Below are positions 1 through 9,859 of a DNA stretch of 54,445 nucleotides, piece by piece; position 1 is the stretch's first letter; every line of letters starts with the position of its first letter. The DNA is from Acidiferrobacterales bacterium (GTDB lineage: Bacteria; Pseudomonadota; Gammaproteobacteria; Acidiferrobacterales; SPGG2). The translations under genes were made by a program, and so were the position numbers. The DNA is taken from positions 1-54,445 of the forward strand of contig JBHHZP010000003.1 in NCBI GenBank assembly GCA_046758085.1, given 5' to 3'. Under the pieces are notes generated by a model. That model made no database searches. It was not told the DNA's origin and was given only the letters and a program-made list of their open reading frames with translations.

Positions 1-825
1 ATCCACGCGTTCGCCGGCCAGCTCATTCGAGACGCTTTGCACACGCGACCCACGCATGCCGACACACGCGCCAATAGGATCGATACGCGGATCGTTTGTG
101 CTGACCGCGATCTTGGCGCGCAATCCCGGGTCACGTGCGGCCCGGTGGATCTCGATAAGACCCTCGCCCGCCTCGGGTACCTCGAGCTTGAACAGCTCGA
201 TCAGTAGCTGTGGCGCGGTGCGACTGAGAAAAAGCTGCGGCCCGCGCGGAACCGACTGCACGTCTTCCAGATAGGCACGAATGCGATCCCCCGGACGCAG
301 GCCCTCGCGCAGGATCATCTTAGATTTTCCCAGCAACGCCTCGGCATCACCCAGATCCACAATGGCGTCGCCGCGCTCCATGCGCTTGACTACCCCTGTC
401 ACCATCTGGCCCTTGCGTTCGCTATACTGCTTGACGATCTGTTCGCGTTCGGCCTCGCGCACTTTCTGCAGGATGACCTGCTTAGCCGCCTGCGCGGCAA
501 TGCGACCGAATACCACCGGTTCCAACGGATCCTCGACGAACCCGCCGATCTCTGCATTTGGATCGCGTGCCAGTGCCTCGCTCAGCGGCAGCTGGCGATC
601 CGGGAACTCCACCTCCTCGACGTCATCCGGCAACACTTCCCAACGTCGAAACGTGTCGTACTCACCGGTGTCACGATGGATCGATACGCGTGCATCGATG
701 TCCTGTTGATGGCGCTTGCGTGTCGCAGTCGCCAACGCGGCTTCGAGGGCCTCGAAGATCACCTCTTTCTCGACACCCTTGTCCCGCGAAAGCGCATCCA
801 CCATCAGTAATATTTCATTACTCAT
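1..825 (-). CDS. nusA: Transcription termination/antitermination factor NusA (5' part; runs off window start)
   Basis: Manual minus-strand translation from ATG at 825: MSNEILLMVDALSRDKGVEKEVIFEALEAALATATRKR...FGRIAAQAAKQVILQKVREAER...ARDPGLRAKIAV, the NusA N-terminal/S1/KH pattern. Directly downstream of rimP. Confidence 0.96.
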   Translation of the reverse strand, partial: MSNEILLMVDALSRDKGVEKEVIFEALEAALATATRKRHQQDIDARVSIHRDTGEYDTFRRWEVLPDDVEEVEFPDRQLPLSEALARDPNAEIGGFVEDPLEPVVFGRIAAQAAKQVILQKVREAEREQIVKQYSERKGQMVTGVVKRMERGDAIVDLGDAEALLGKSKMILREGLRPGDRIRAYLEDVQSVPRGPQLFLSRTAPQLLIELFKLEVPEAGEGLIEIHRAARDPGLRAKIAVSTNDPRIDPIGACVGMRGSRVQSVSNELAGERVD

Positions 826-854
826 ATACTCGTCTCATCAGCCCTGCCCGGCAT

Positions 855-1313
855 TTATAGCCTGGGCACCAGCCTCGCCTTATCAATACTGTCAAACGCC
901 AAATCCAGCTTCTCCTGGCCCACGTCGAGCACCACGTGATCCCCGGACATACCGATGAGGCAACCCTTAAAATTCCTCTGCCCAGCCAGTGGCTCGCGCA
1001 TTCTAATCTTGATAATCTCGCCTGCAAATCGCTCGAAATCTGCCCGTTTCACCAGCGGCCGATCCAGACCGGGCGAGGATACCTCAAGCGTGTACGGACC
1101 CTGGACGCGATCCTCTACATCCAGGACCGCACTCAGTTGCATACTCACACGCGCGCAATCGTCTACACTTACGCCGCCGGGACTGTCCATGTACACCCTC
1201 AGAACCGGGGTTCGGCTGGAGCCCGCCAGTTCCACATGCACCAGCTCGAAGCCCATAGCGGTCACCGTGGGCTCGAGCACTTCGCGCAGCTCAGACCTGA
1301 CTGCAGACATCAT
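855..1313 (-). CDS. rimP: Ribosome maturation factor RimP
   Basis: Motifs LRVYMD..GVSVDDCARVS and YTLEVSSPGLDRPL. Start moved to ATG 1313 (or 1310), after an AAGGA SD. Confidence 0.96.
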   Translation of the reverse strand: MMSAVRSELREVLEPTVTAMGFELVHVELAGSSRTPVLRVYMDSPGGVSVDDCARVSMQLSAVLDVEDRVQGPYTLEVSSPGLDRPLVKRADFERFAGEIIKIRMREPLAGQRNFKGCLIGMSGDHVVLDVGQEKLDLAFDSIDKARLVPRL

Positions 1314-1329
1314 CTCGTCCTTTAAACGC

Positions 1330-1354
1330 AAAAGTGGGCGTCAAGCCCACTTTT
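1330..1354 (-). promoter_or_regulatory. rimP leader hairpin (terminator/attenuator-like)
   Basis: AAAAGTGGGC-TTGAC-GCCCACTTTT just upstream of the rimP SD. Resembles the conserved GGGC...GCCC leader hairpin known upstream of rimP-nusA. Confidence 0.7.
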
Positions 1355-1396
1355 CTAAAACAGTCCTGTTGTTCCGGCCCCACCCTAGCAGCGCAG

Positions 1397-1424
1397 ATTA
1401 TAAGCCTATCGCCGTAAAACTCAA
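1397..1424 (-). promoter_or_regulatory. Putative sigma70 promoter for rimP-nusA
   Basis: Minus strand TTGAGT-N16-TATAAT. Confidence 0.55.
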
Positions 1425-1527
1425 CGCGCAACACGGCTTCTTCGGGTACGTACAGCCATCGTCTTGGTGCCTGCGTGCGCGCCGCGCGCGCCTGCGGATA
1501 CCGCCGTGGCTCATGGGTACCGATAAA

Positions 1528-1554
1528 ATGGGGATTTTTATGTGATTTTTCAAG
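1528..1554 (-). promoter_or_regulatory. Putative sigma32 (RpoH) promoter facing rimP-nusA
   Basis: Minus strand CTTGAA-N15-CCCCAT, matching the sigma32 consensus. Confidence 0.55.
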
Positions 1555-1608
1555 CCCTTGTGGGCTCGATCCCCATATATGATATTAAACTATAATGTAA
1601 GACAAATC

Positions 1609-1685
<77 letters not shown>

Positions 1686-1815
1686 ACGGAATCGCGAAGT
1701 CTACCAAGGTGCGATTCAATTTCAAGGCGCTCGGGCCCATCGCGCGCCCACCGCCTCACCTACCGAGGTTCGACCACGCCGCGCCGGCCCGGGTTTGTGT
1801 CGTCCACGGTCGCAC

Positions 1816-2592
1816 TCAGCCAGACGCTGCGTGCGCTATCGCGCCGCGTTCCTTCACCAGGTACTGGGCACAATAGACGCGCGCTGTCCATCGCATCAGA
1901 TCCCCAAGGACACCAAGGGCCAGCACCACGACCAGCGGTACATTGTCCGGCACAATCCAAAAGAGGGCCACCGGAAACAGCACCAGGAATGCGAGGTAAC
2001 CTGATGTCGATAACCGTCGCCAAAGGGTCACCACCGCGGCTCGCATGGTCGAAACCATGCGGAAGTCCCGCGTGACAAACACGAGCGGCAGCCAGTACAC
2101 CAGCAGGAACGGGATAATAAACAGGGCGATCGCGCCAATCAGATTCATCGTCGGTGCAATCTCTGCGAGTCGAGCTTGCACCTCCAACTCGCCGCTAGCG
2201 CCCGTTGCCAAGGCGCTAAGGAAAAATACGGCTGTCAGCAACACAACGAGAACGGCCTTGATGCATAACCACACGAACTGGTTGAAAACTTCCTTTCCTC
2301 GCTGCAGGATCTCGGGCACTGAAACGGTTCCATCACCCACCACAAATGCACGAAGGGCGCCCCCGAACAAGTACGCGTAAACGAAAAGAGACAACGCGAC
2401 CAACAACGCCAGAGAAGACGTGGGGCCCGCTTCAGACGTCGTGGGCACGGACGCCGGTATGATCATGTGGCTCCACGAAATCACGATGAATACCCTCACA
2501 GCAATGACAAGCCATACTCCCGGGCTCAGTACGGCCCGCACGGCGGCCCTGATGCGCAGCTCGTTTTCGCCTTGTCTCGCCTGTGGATTCAT
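1816..2592 (-). CDS. Hypothetical multi-pass membrane protein
   Basis: 258-aa ORF with about 6 hydrophobic segments, co-oriented behind cysZ. No recognised motif. Confidence 0.7.
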   Translation of the reverse strand: MNPQARQGENELRIRAAVRAVLSPGVWLVIAVRVFIVISWSHMIIPASVPTTSEAGPTSSLALLVALSLFVYAYLFGGALRAFVVGDGTVSVPEILQRGKEVFNQFVWLCIKAVLVVLLTAVFFLSALATGASGELEVQARLAEIAPTMNLIGAIALFIIPFLLVYWLPLVFVTRDFRMVSTMRAAVVTLWRRLSTSGYLAFLVLFPVALFWIVPDNVPLVVVLALGVLGDLMRWTARVYCAQYLVKERGAIAHAASG

Positions 2593-2627
2593 GATTCCCG
2601 ATGCTCGCTGGTTTTCGATATGCTACC

Positions 2628-3386
2628 TCAAGAGCCCGGTCTCGGGCGCCGGTGCTGCAAATGATCTACCCACATGGCGGTCGCACCGGCTACCGATGCC
2701 GGGATAACCGTCAAGTTAATCACGGGTACCACCATGATAGCCATTACCGCAGCGCCAAAACCCCGCGTCAGGAAAATATTCGCTCTCGCGAGCCGCCTGA
2801 CCTCGGAAAAATGCAGGCCATAGTTTTCCATCGGGTAGGCCAGATACTCAAGCGCCAACATCCAGGCGGTGATAATCAGCCAGACAAAGGGGGCGACGAC
2901 ATTGATCACGGGGATCAATGTCAAAACCAGTGGAAACAAGATAACGATCAGAAAATAACGAAGCTTTCTCAGTTCGTTGACAATCGCTTCAACGACAGCC
3001 CCAAGCCTGTTGGGCTCGCTGCCCATACCACCATCGTTGATTCGCCCGCCAAGCACACGCTCCACTCGCTCGGCAAGCAGCCCGTTGAACGGCGCTGCGA
3101 TGAGATTGGCAACCATCGTAAAGGCGAAAAACATGAGCAATCCCGCCGCCGCCGCGAAAACCACCCACAAGATGCCACGCGCTAGCGCCGCCCACCGGCC
3201 CTGCACGCTCGGTAATAACCAGTCCATTAACGATTCGAACTGGCTCGCGCCAAACCATATCAGAACAACGAATACCGAGATGTTTATCAGAAGCGGCGCC
3301 AAGAAGAAACGGCGCAGCCCCGACCGCATGATCAAACGCGATCCGCGAAGCAGATATGTCGGTCCAATGACTAGATCGCTAATCAA
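2628..3386 (-). CDS. cysZ: Sulfate transporter CysZ (EI24 domain)
   Basis: YLLRGSRLIMRSGLRRFFLAPLLIN...ANLIAAPFNGLLAERVE...LALEYLAYPMEN...PASVAGAT, typical of CysZ. Confidence 0.88.
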   Translation of the reverse strand: MISDLVIGPTYLLRGSRLIMRSGLRRFFLAPLLINISVFVVLIWFGASQFESLMDWLLPSVQGRWAALARGILWVVFAAAAGLLMFFAFTMVANLIAAPFNGLLAERVERVLGGRINDGGMGSEPNRLGAVVEAIVNELRKLRYFLIVILFPLVLTLIPVINVVAPFVWLIITAWMLALEYLAYPMENYGLHFSEVRRLARANIFLTRGFGAAVMAIMVVPVINLTVIPASVAGATAMWVDHLQHRRPRPGS

Positions 3387-3698
3387 CGCTGGTCTGCCGG
3401 CGGAGAGCCGGCACAGCTCCCGGCCACATCATTACACAGTTCTGACGAGCTAGCACCCGCAGCATTAGGTACTGCCTATCGAAGGTTCACCAGTGTCAGC
3501 GACACACGAGCGGTGCACCGCCCCTGTACAAAACCCCGCCAGGGGGCACGGACAGGGGAGCCGTGCCTGTGTGCCGCGACAGGGAATGTTTGGTCGCGAA
3601 CTTCCAGGGCGCGGCGGCAACAGGCGGCGCCCCAAGCCGGGTCCTGACACCGGCGAAACGCCGTGCGTGAACTATTATTGTGCTCCGCGCGGAACTCT

Positions 3699-5144
3699 TC
3701 AGGTTATAGCCGATATAGCTCGTGCGCACAGATCGATGACGGTCCCCACCCACGGCATAATCAACAGCAGTGCCAGGCCGTTGATCCCGATCAAAATTCG
3801 CATGTCCGTACCCGCGTGGATCGGCTCGCTGCTGGTAGCATCATCGAAGTACATGAGCTTCACCACGCGCAGATAATAATACGCCCCGATCACCGCCAGC
3901 AGCACAGCCACGATCGCCAGCCAGGTCATGTCCGCCTGCACGACGGATTGAATGACCAGCAGCTTGGAGTAGAACCCAACGGTGGGTGGAACACCGGCCA
4001 TCGAGAACATGAGCAGCAGCATCATGAACGCGTACCAGGGCTTTCTTTGATTCAGCCCTTTGAAATCATCCAACTGCTCCGCCTCGAACCCTGCACGCGA
4101 CAGCAGGATTATCATGCCGAATGCGCCCAACGCCATGGTCGCATAGATCAAGACGTAAAACAGCGCAGAGCTGTAACCATTTTGCGTGGCAGCCGATATA
4201 CCCAGCAAGAAAAATCCCATATGCGCTATCGAGGAGTAAGCCAGCATACGCTTGATGTTACTTTGCGCAATGGCGACGAAATTCCCTAACGCCATCGAGA
4301 GTACGGCAAGGACGATAATCATATCTTGCCAGGACACTGCGAGGCCCTCGAGGCCCCCAACGAGTAGGCGCATGATCAACGCAAAACCCGCGAGCTTCGG
4401 CGCCGTCCCGATGTAAAGCGTAACCGAGGTGGGTGCACCGTGATACACATCCGGAAGCCACATGTGAAAAGGCACTGCCCCGACCTTGAACGCGATTCCC
4501 ACTATCACAAAAACCATTCCGAAGATCAGCACAACGTCATCGGTGGAGATCCTGGTAATGGCGTCTTTGACGACCGCGATATCGAGACTTCCCGTCAATC
4601 CATACAGGATTGACATGCCATAAAGCAACATGCCCGAGGAAAGCGCCCCGAGCACAAAGTATTTCATGGCCGCCTCCGTTGCCGGGACGGAATCTCGCTG
4701 GAATGCCACCATCGCATACAGGCTCAAAGACAAGAGCTCGAGCCCCAGGTACAACGTCAGAAAATGACTGGCCGAGGCCATGATCATCATGCCCACGACC
4801 CCGAACAGGCCCAGTACAAAATACTCGCCGCGATACATATCGCGTGCCTGCAAGTACTCACGAGAGTACACAAAAACGAAGAAGATGATCACGTAGGTTG
4901 CGAGCTTCAATAGGTCCGACAACGTGTCGTGGATAAACATGTCATGGAAGGTCGGTCCCATGGATGTTGATACACCTTGGAGTGTCAGCACTATGGCCCC
5001 CACCAGGGTCGCCTGCGAAAGCATATAGGTGGCAAGGCGTGTTTGCTTGCTGAGGAACAGATCCATAACAAGGATCACACATGCCATCGAGAAAACCCAT
5101 ATCTCGGGCAGCGCGGGCAGAAAATTAGGTACGTCGACAGTCAT
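3699..5144 (-). CDS. nuoN: NADH-quinone oxidoreductase subunit N
   Basis: [43 protein letters not shown]; last gene of the nuo operon. Confidence 0.97.
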   Translation of the reverse strand: MTVDVPNFLPALPEIWVFSMACVILVMDLFLSKQTRLATYMLSQATLVGAIVLTLQGVSTSMGPTFHDMFIHDTLSDLLKLATYVIIFFVFVYSREYLQARDMYRGEYFVLGLFGVVGMMIMASASHFLTLYLGLELLSLSLYAMVAFQRDSVPATEAAMKYFVLGALSSGMLLYGMSILYGLTGSLDIAVVKDAITRISTDDVVLIFGMVFVIVGIAFKVGAVPFHMWLPDVYHGAPTSVTLYIGTAPKLAGFALIMRLLVGGLEGLAVSWQDMIIVLAVLSMALGNFVAIAQSNIKRMLAYSSIAHMGFFLLGISAATQNGYSSALFYVLIYATMALGAFGMIILLSRAGFEAEQLDDFKGLNQRKPWYAFMMLLLMFSMAGVPPTVGFYSKLLVIQSVVQADMTWLAIVAVLLAVIGAYYYLRVVKLMYFDDATSSEPIHAGTDMRILIGINGLALLLIMPWVGTVIDLCARAISAIT

Positions 5145-5153
5145 CGCTCTAGT

Positions 5154-5257
5154 GCGTGAGATGTGAAGTGTGAGGTGTGAGGCGAAAAAACCAGTGCCTG
5201 GCTCGGTCGTGTCTGCTCTTTCATTACTTCACTCCCCACTCCTTTCGCCTCTCTCCT
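5154..5257. repeat. Inverted pair of heptamer arrays (nuoM/nuoN junction)
   Basis: Left arm GCGTGAG ATGTGAA GTGTGAG GTGTGAG (5154-5181). Right arm TTCACTC CCCACTC CTTTCGC CTCTCTC (5228-5255) is a degenerate reverse complement. Confidence 0.75.
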
Positions 5258-5262
5258 GATGT

Positions 5263-6744
5263 TCACAGTTTCGATATTGAAACCTGCTCAAGCAGGTGGT
5301 CAGTAGACGCATGCAACACCTCCAAGAACGGGAATGGCCACAGCCCCAGGCCGAGCACCGCAAACGCGAGCAAAGCCAGAAACAATATCTCGCGCGGCGT
5401 TATATCCTCGAGGCGGGCCACATTCTCATTGGCGATCCCGCCGAATATAACCCGCTTGTACATCCACAGTGTATAGGCTGCACCGAATACGAGGATCGTG
5501 GCAGCCAGAATTGCATACCACACGTTCACCTTGTACGAGCCCACGATCACCAGGAACTCACCGACAAAGCCTGACGTGCCGGGCAGGCCGGTGTTCGCCA
5601 GCGCGAACAGCATCATGAACGACGCAAACACAGGCATGCGGTTCGCGACGCCACCGTAGTCGCTGATCTCGCGCGAGTGCAACCGGTCATACAGAACACC
5701 GACGCACAGGAACAAGGCGCCCGAGATGAACCCATGCGAAATCATTTGCACCATCCCGCCCTCGATGCCCTGTGAGTTGAACACGAAAAACCCCATTGTC
5801 ACGAAGCCCATGTGGGCGATCGATGAGTACGCGATCAGGCGCTTCATGTCCGCTTGCATCAGCGTCACCAGGCCAATATAGACGATGGCAACTAGCGACA
5901 GCGCGATCATGAATCCCGCAAGTTCGTGGCTGGCATCCGGGGTGATGGGTAAGCTGAAACGTAAAAAACCGTAACCGCCCATCTTCAGCAGGATGGCCGC
6001 AAGAATGACGGACCCCCCTGTGGGGGCCTCGGTGTGTGCATCAGGGAGCCAGGTGTGTACGGGCCACATCGGCACCTTGACGGCAAACGCAGCAAAGAAG
6101 GCAAGAAAAACCAAAATCTGGGCAGTCAAGCCCAACGCAAGCCCATGGAAGTCCAGTATCTCGAAGCTCTCGCCAGCTTGGTAATACAGATAGATAAACG
6201 ACACCAGCATCAGCACCGAACCCAGGAACGTGTAGAGGAAGAACTTGATGGTGGCATACACACGGTTGGGGCCACCCCATACTCCGATAATGACGAACAT
6301 GGGTACCAGCATGGCTTCCCAGAATATGTAAAATAAAATAGCGTCCAGCGCAGAAAATACGCCTATCATCAAGCCTTCCATCAACAAGAACGCAGCCATG
6401 TACTGGGCAACCTTCTTCTGGATGACCCGCCAGCCGGCAATAACAACGATCACAGTTGAAAAGCTCGTGAGCAGTATCAGTAGCAGGGAAAAACCGTCGA
6501 TGCCCAGGTGGTAGCGGATGTTGAAGGCGTCAATCCAGGCACGGTTTTCCACAAATTGCATTTCCGCGGTACCGAGATCGAACCCCGTGTAAAGCGGGAT
6601 AGTGACGATGAATGTTGCACCGGCAAGTACGAGGCTTATCCACCGAGCGAGCACTGCATTTTCATCACCACGCGTTGCCAGCACGAGCCCGCCACCGACA
6701 AGTGGCAGCCAGATCGCCGTGCTTAGCGCGTACTGGGAAAACAT
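5263..6744 (-). CDS. nuoM: NADH-quinone oxidoreductase subunit M
   Basis: [51 protein letters not shown]. Confidence 0.97.
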   Translation of the reverse strand: MFSQYALSTAIWLPLVGGGLVLATRGDENAVLARWISLVLAGATFIVTIPLYTGFDLGTAEMQFVENRAWIDAFNIRYHLGIDGFSLLLILLTSFSTVIVVIAGWRVIQKKVAQYMAAFLLMEGLMIGVFSALDAILFYIFWEAMLVPMFVIIGVWGGPNRVYATIKFFLYTFLGSVLMLVSFIYLYYQAGESFEILDFHGLALGLTAQILVFLAFFAAFAVKVPMWPVHTWLPDAHTEAPTGGSVILAAILLKMGGYGFLRFSLPITPDASHELAGFMIALSLVAIVYIGLVTLMQADMKRLIAYSSIAHMGFVTMGFFVFNSQGIEGGMVQMISHGFISGALFLCVGVLYDRLHSREISDYGGVANRMPVFASFMMLFALANTGLPGTSGFVGEFLVIVGSYKVNVWYAILAATILVFGAAYTLWMYKRVIFGGIANENVARLEDITPREILFLALLAFAVLGLGLWPFPFLEVLHASTDHLLEQVSISKL

Positions 6745-6765
6745 GTCCGACCTTTTACCTTTTGA

Positions 6766-8730
6766 TTAGCTATGCAGGAAAAATGTGATCAGAAGAAACA
6801 GACCTAAGATCATGGCGAAGGCATAATGGTATACATATCCGGTCTGTACGTGTCGGATAATGGATGCAAACCAACCGATCACTCGCGCCGTGCCATTAAC
6901 CGCCAGCCCGTCGATCAGCGTAACGTCACCAATACGCCAGAACATGCGCCCGATCTTCCGCGCACCACCCGCAAATACCACGTCATTGACGTCATCGAAG
7001 TAATACTTGCGCACCAGAATCATGTAAATGAGTCGTGCCTTGCGGCTGACAACAGCTGGAAGATGCGGATAACGAATGTAGAAGAGCCAGGCAGCAATGA
7101 TACCGGCCACCGCGAGGAAGAACGGCAGTGATTCCAAGCCATGACCGATAAAAGGCCCTATACCTTCGAAATGCGCACCCAGCTCGGCGAGCACGTTGTG
7201 CTGTGGGGCAACTGCAAGCGAGGCGCCGAAGAGATTGCCGAACAACATCGGTTCGATAAGGACCGCTCCCGCGAACACCGACGGGATCGCCAACATCACC
7301 AACGGAAAGGTCACCACCAGCGGCGACTCTTTGACGTGATGTATAGCATGATCATCCATACGCGGTTTGCCGTGAAACGTCAGAAACACCATGCGGAATG
7401 TGTACAGGGCCGTCACAAACACGCCTATTAGAACCGAGAAGTATGCAAAACCACTGCCGGTTATATGAGATAGGCGTGTTGCTTCAATGATCGAATCCTT
7501 GGAGAAAAAGCCGGCGAGCGCGGGTATCCCACCAAGCGCCAGCGACCCTACTAACATGGTCCAATAGGTGACGGGCATGTACTTACGCAGGCCGCCCATT
7601 TTACGCATGTCTTGCTCGTGATGAAGGGCGATAATAACCGAGCCCGCGGCAAGGAAAAGCAACGCCTTAAAGAAGGCATGAGTGGTGAGATGAAAGATCC
7701 CGGCCGCATAAGCTGACGCCCCGTTGGCAACCATCATGTAACCGAGCTGTGAGATTGTTGAGTAGGCGATTACCCGCTTGATATCGTTTTGCACGACCGC
7801 AACCAGCCCGAGAAAAAGCGCGGTGATAGCGCCGATCACCAACACCACACTCAAGGCAGCATCGGAAAGTTCAAAAAGAGGTGACATGCGCGCTACCATG
7901 AACACGCCGGCCGTCACCATCGTGGCCGCATGGATCAGAGCAGAGATCGGTGTTGGGCCTTCCATGGAATCTGGCAGCCAGACATGCAAAGGCACTTGCG
8001 CGGACTTGCCCATGGCCCCGATAAACAACAATATGCAAATTAGCGTAATGATGTTCCAGTCCACACCCGGTATCCATTGCACGCTGTCCGCGGCAACCTG
8101 GGGGGCAATCGCGAACACTGCGGCATAATCCAGGCTTCCGAAGTAGGTATAGATCACAGCGATGCCGAGCAGGAACCCAAAGTCTCCGGCACGGTTAACA
8201 AGAAACGCCTTCAAGTTCGCATAAATGGCGGATTCCCGATCAAACCAAAAGCCGATCAACAGATAAGAAACCAGACCGACGCCCTCCCACCCAAAAAACA
8301 GCTGCAAGAAGTTGTTGGACATCACCAGCATCAGCATGAAGAAAGTGAACAGCGCCGTATAGCTGAAGAAACGCTGGTATCCCGGGTCGTCGTGCATATA
8401 CCCGATGGTGTATATGTGCACCATGAGTGAAACAAATGTCACCACGACCATCATTACGGCCGCGAGCGGATCGATAAGAAAACCGAACTCGAGCGGTACA
8501 CCACCACTCACCGCCCACGTGTACAGCGGTCCGCTAAACTCGTGACCATTGAAGATGACGTCGTTAAAGACAATCAGTGACAGGAAAAACGACACCGCCA
8601 CACTGAGGATCGCTGCCGTATGAGCACCGCGACGCCCGATCTTCCAGCCAAAAATGCCGGCAATTATGGAGCCAACCAAACAGGAAAGCGGGACGGCGAG
8701 ATAGATGAGCTTTAAATCAAGTCCGGACAT
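6766..8730 (-). CDS. nuoL: NADH-quinone oxidoreductase subunit L
   Basis: GWEGVGLVSYLLIGFW, GKSAQVPLHVWLPDSMEGPTPISALIHAATMV. Confidence 0.97.
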   Translation of the reverse strand: MSGLDLKLIYLAVPLSCLVGSIIAGIFGWKIGRRGAHTAAILSVAVSFFLSLIVFNDVIFNGHEFSGPLYTWAVSGGVPLEFGFLIDPLAAVMMVVVTFVSLMVHIYTIGYMHDDPGYQRFFSYTALFTFFMLMLVMSNNFLQLFFGWEGVGLVSYLLIGFWFDRESAIYANLKAFLVNRAGDFGFLLGIAVIYTYFGSLDYAAVFAIAPQVAADSVQWIPGVDWNIITLICILLFIGAMGKSAQVPLHVWLPDSMEGPTPISALIHAATMVTAGVFMVARMSPLFELSDAALSVVLVIGAITALFLGLVAVVQNDIKRVIAYSTISQLGYMMVANGASAYAAGIFHLTTHAFFKALLFLAAGSVIIALHHEQDMRKMGGLRKYMPVTYWTMLVGSLALGGIPALAGFFSKDSIIEATRLSHITGSGFAYFSVLIGVFVTALYTFRMVFLTFHGKPRMDDHAIHHVKESPLVVTFPLVMLAIPSVFAGAVLIEPMLFGNLFGASLAVAPQHNVLAELGAHFEGIGPFIGHGLESLPFFLAVAGIIAAWLFYIRYPHLPAVVSRKARLIYMILVRKYYFDDVNDVVFAGGARKIGRMFWRIGDVTLIDGLAVNGTARVIGWFASIIRHVQTGYVYHYAFAMILGLFLLITFFLHS

Positions 8731-8733
8731 GGG

Positions 8734-9039
8734 CTAACCCTTGAGCACGTCGAGATCTTCCACATTGATGGTGCGGCGGTTGCGGAAAAGAACTATGAGG
8801 ATGGCGAGCCCAATGGCAGCCTCTGCTGCTGCGACCGTAAGTATAAAGAACACGAAAACCTGTCCTGCGATGTCGTCGAGATAGTGAGAAAAGGCGATAA
8901 AGTTGATGTTCACGGCGAGCAACATCAACTCGATCGACATGAGCAAAATTACGACGTTCTTGCGATTCAGGAATATCCCGACGACGCTAAGGCAAAAAAG
9001 GATGGCGCCCAGGATCAAGTAGTGTGACAGCGGAATCAT
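8734..9039 (-). CDS. nuoK: NADH-quinone oxidoreductase subunit K
   Basis: [15 protein letters not shown]...[11 protein letters not shown]...[12 protein letters not shown] (101 aa). The ORF-track N-terminal extension is read through the heptamer repeat. Confidence 0.96.
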   Translation of the reverse strand: MIPLSHYLILGAILFCLSVVGIFLNRKNVVILLMSIELMLLAVNINFIAFSHYLDDIAGQVFVFFILTVAAAEAAIGLAILIVLFRNRRTINVEDLDVLKG

Positions 9040-9044
9040 TTGTC

Positions 9045-9151
9045 TAGTAGCCAGTTGCTGGTAGCTGGTAGCTAGTGTTTTGCATTCTGTCACTCCAACT
9101 GTGTAACCGTATCAAGAAAAACTCGCTACCAGCTACTCGCTACTTGCTACT
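9045..9151. repeat. Inverted pair of heptamer arrays (nuoJ/nuoK junction)
   Basis: Left arm TAGTAGC CAGTTGC TGGTAGC TGGTAGC (9045-9072). Right arm GCTACCA GCTACTC GCTACTT GCTACT (9125-9151), containing the nuoJ stop. Confidence 0.85.
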
Positions 9152-9751
9152 GTCTTTTTCCGCCGACATCTTCACCAAACGCACCCGATCGGCCGGTGAA
9201 ACTGCTACCTGCCTCCTGGGATCCTGGTACTTGGTGTCCTTGCGCCGCCGTAATGCCAGCGCGATGGCGGCGATTATCGCCACGAGCAAGATAAGGGCCG
9301 CGATCTCAAACGGGTAAACATAATCGGTGTAAAGCACACGCCCCAGCTCGCGCGTGTTGCTGTAATCGGCGGGGTGCCCCACCGGTCCTGCAATGCGCTC
9401 CAAGCCGAAACGTGCCGGGCCGAGAATAATGATCATCTCAAGCACCAGCAGTACTCCGACCGCGCCGCCGATCGGCAAATATTCGCCAAACCCCTCGCGC
9501 AAACGCACCAGATTGACATCGAGCATCATGACCACAAATAAGAACAGCACCATGACCGCGCCGACATAAACCAGCACCAGCGTGATCGCGAGGAACTCCG
9601 CCTCCAGCAGTATCCAAAGGCCGGCGGCGGTGAAAAAGGCGAGCACCAGGAACAGTGCCGACTTGACGGGATTGCGGATGGTGATCACCATGACCGCTGC
9701 CATCACCAGTACCGCAGCAAAAAAGTAGAATACTAATTGCTCGAAGGTCAT
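9140..9751 (-). CDS. nuoJ: NADH-quinone oxidoreductase subunit J
   Basis: RNPVKSALFLVLAF, AEFLAITLVLVYVGAVMVLFLFVVMML, YPFEIAALILLVAII. Start moved to ATG 9751. Confidence 0.96.
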   Translation of the reverse strand: MTFEQLVFYFFAAVLVMAAVMVITIRNPVKSALFLVLAFFTAAGLWILLEAEFLAITLVLVYVGAVMVLFLFVVMMLDVNLVRLREGFGEYLPIGGAVGVLLVLEMIIILGPARFGLERIAGPVGHPADYSNTRELGRVLYTDYVYPFEIAALILLVAIIAAIALALRRRKDTKYQDPRRQVAVSPADRVRLVKMSAEKDSSK

Positions 9752-9759
9752 ACTTATCT

Positions 9760-9859
9760 CAGTTGCAAGCGAAAAGTAACAAGTAGCAAGTATCAAAAGA
9801 ACTAATCGTGGTCTGGTGGTGTGGTTTCATCCTTGCCACTTGTTACTTGCTACTAGTTA
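9760..9859. repeat. Inverted pair of heptamer arrays (nuoI/nuoJ junction)
   Basis: Left arm CAGTTGC AAGCGAA AAGTAAC AAGTAGC AAGTATC (9760-9794). Right arm GCCACTT GTTACTT GCTACTA GTTA (9835-9859), abutting the nuoI stop. Confidence 0.85.

Noticed and set aside
5154-9859. Heptamer arrays as CRISPR repeats
   Set aside because: Units are 7 nt, contiguous and degenerate, with no spacers between repeats and no cas genes.
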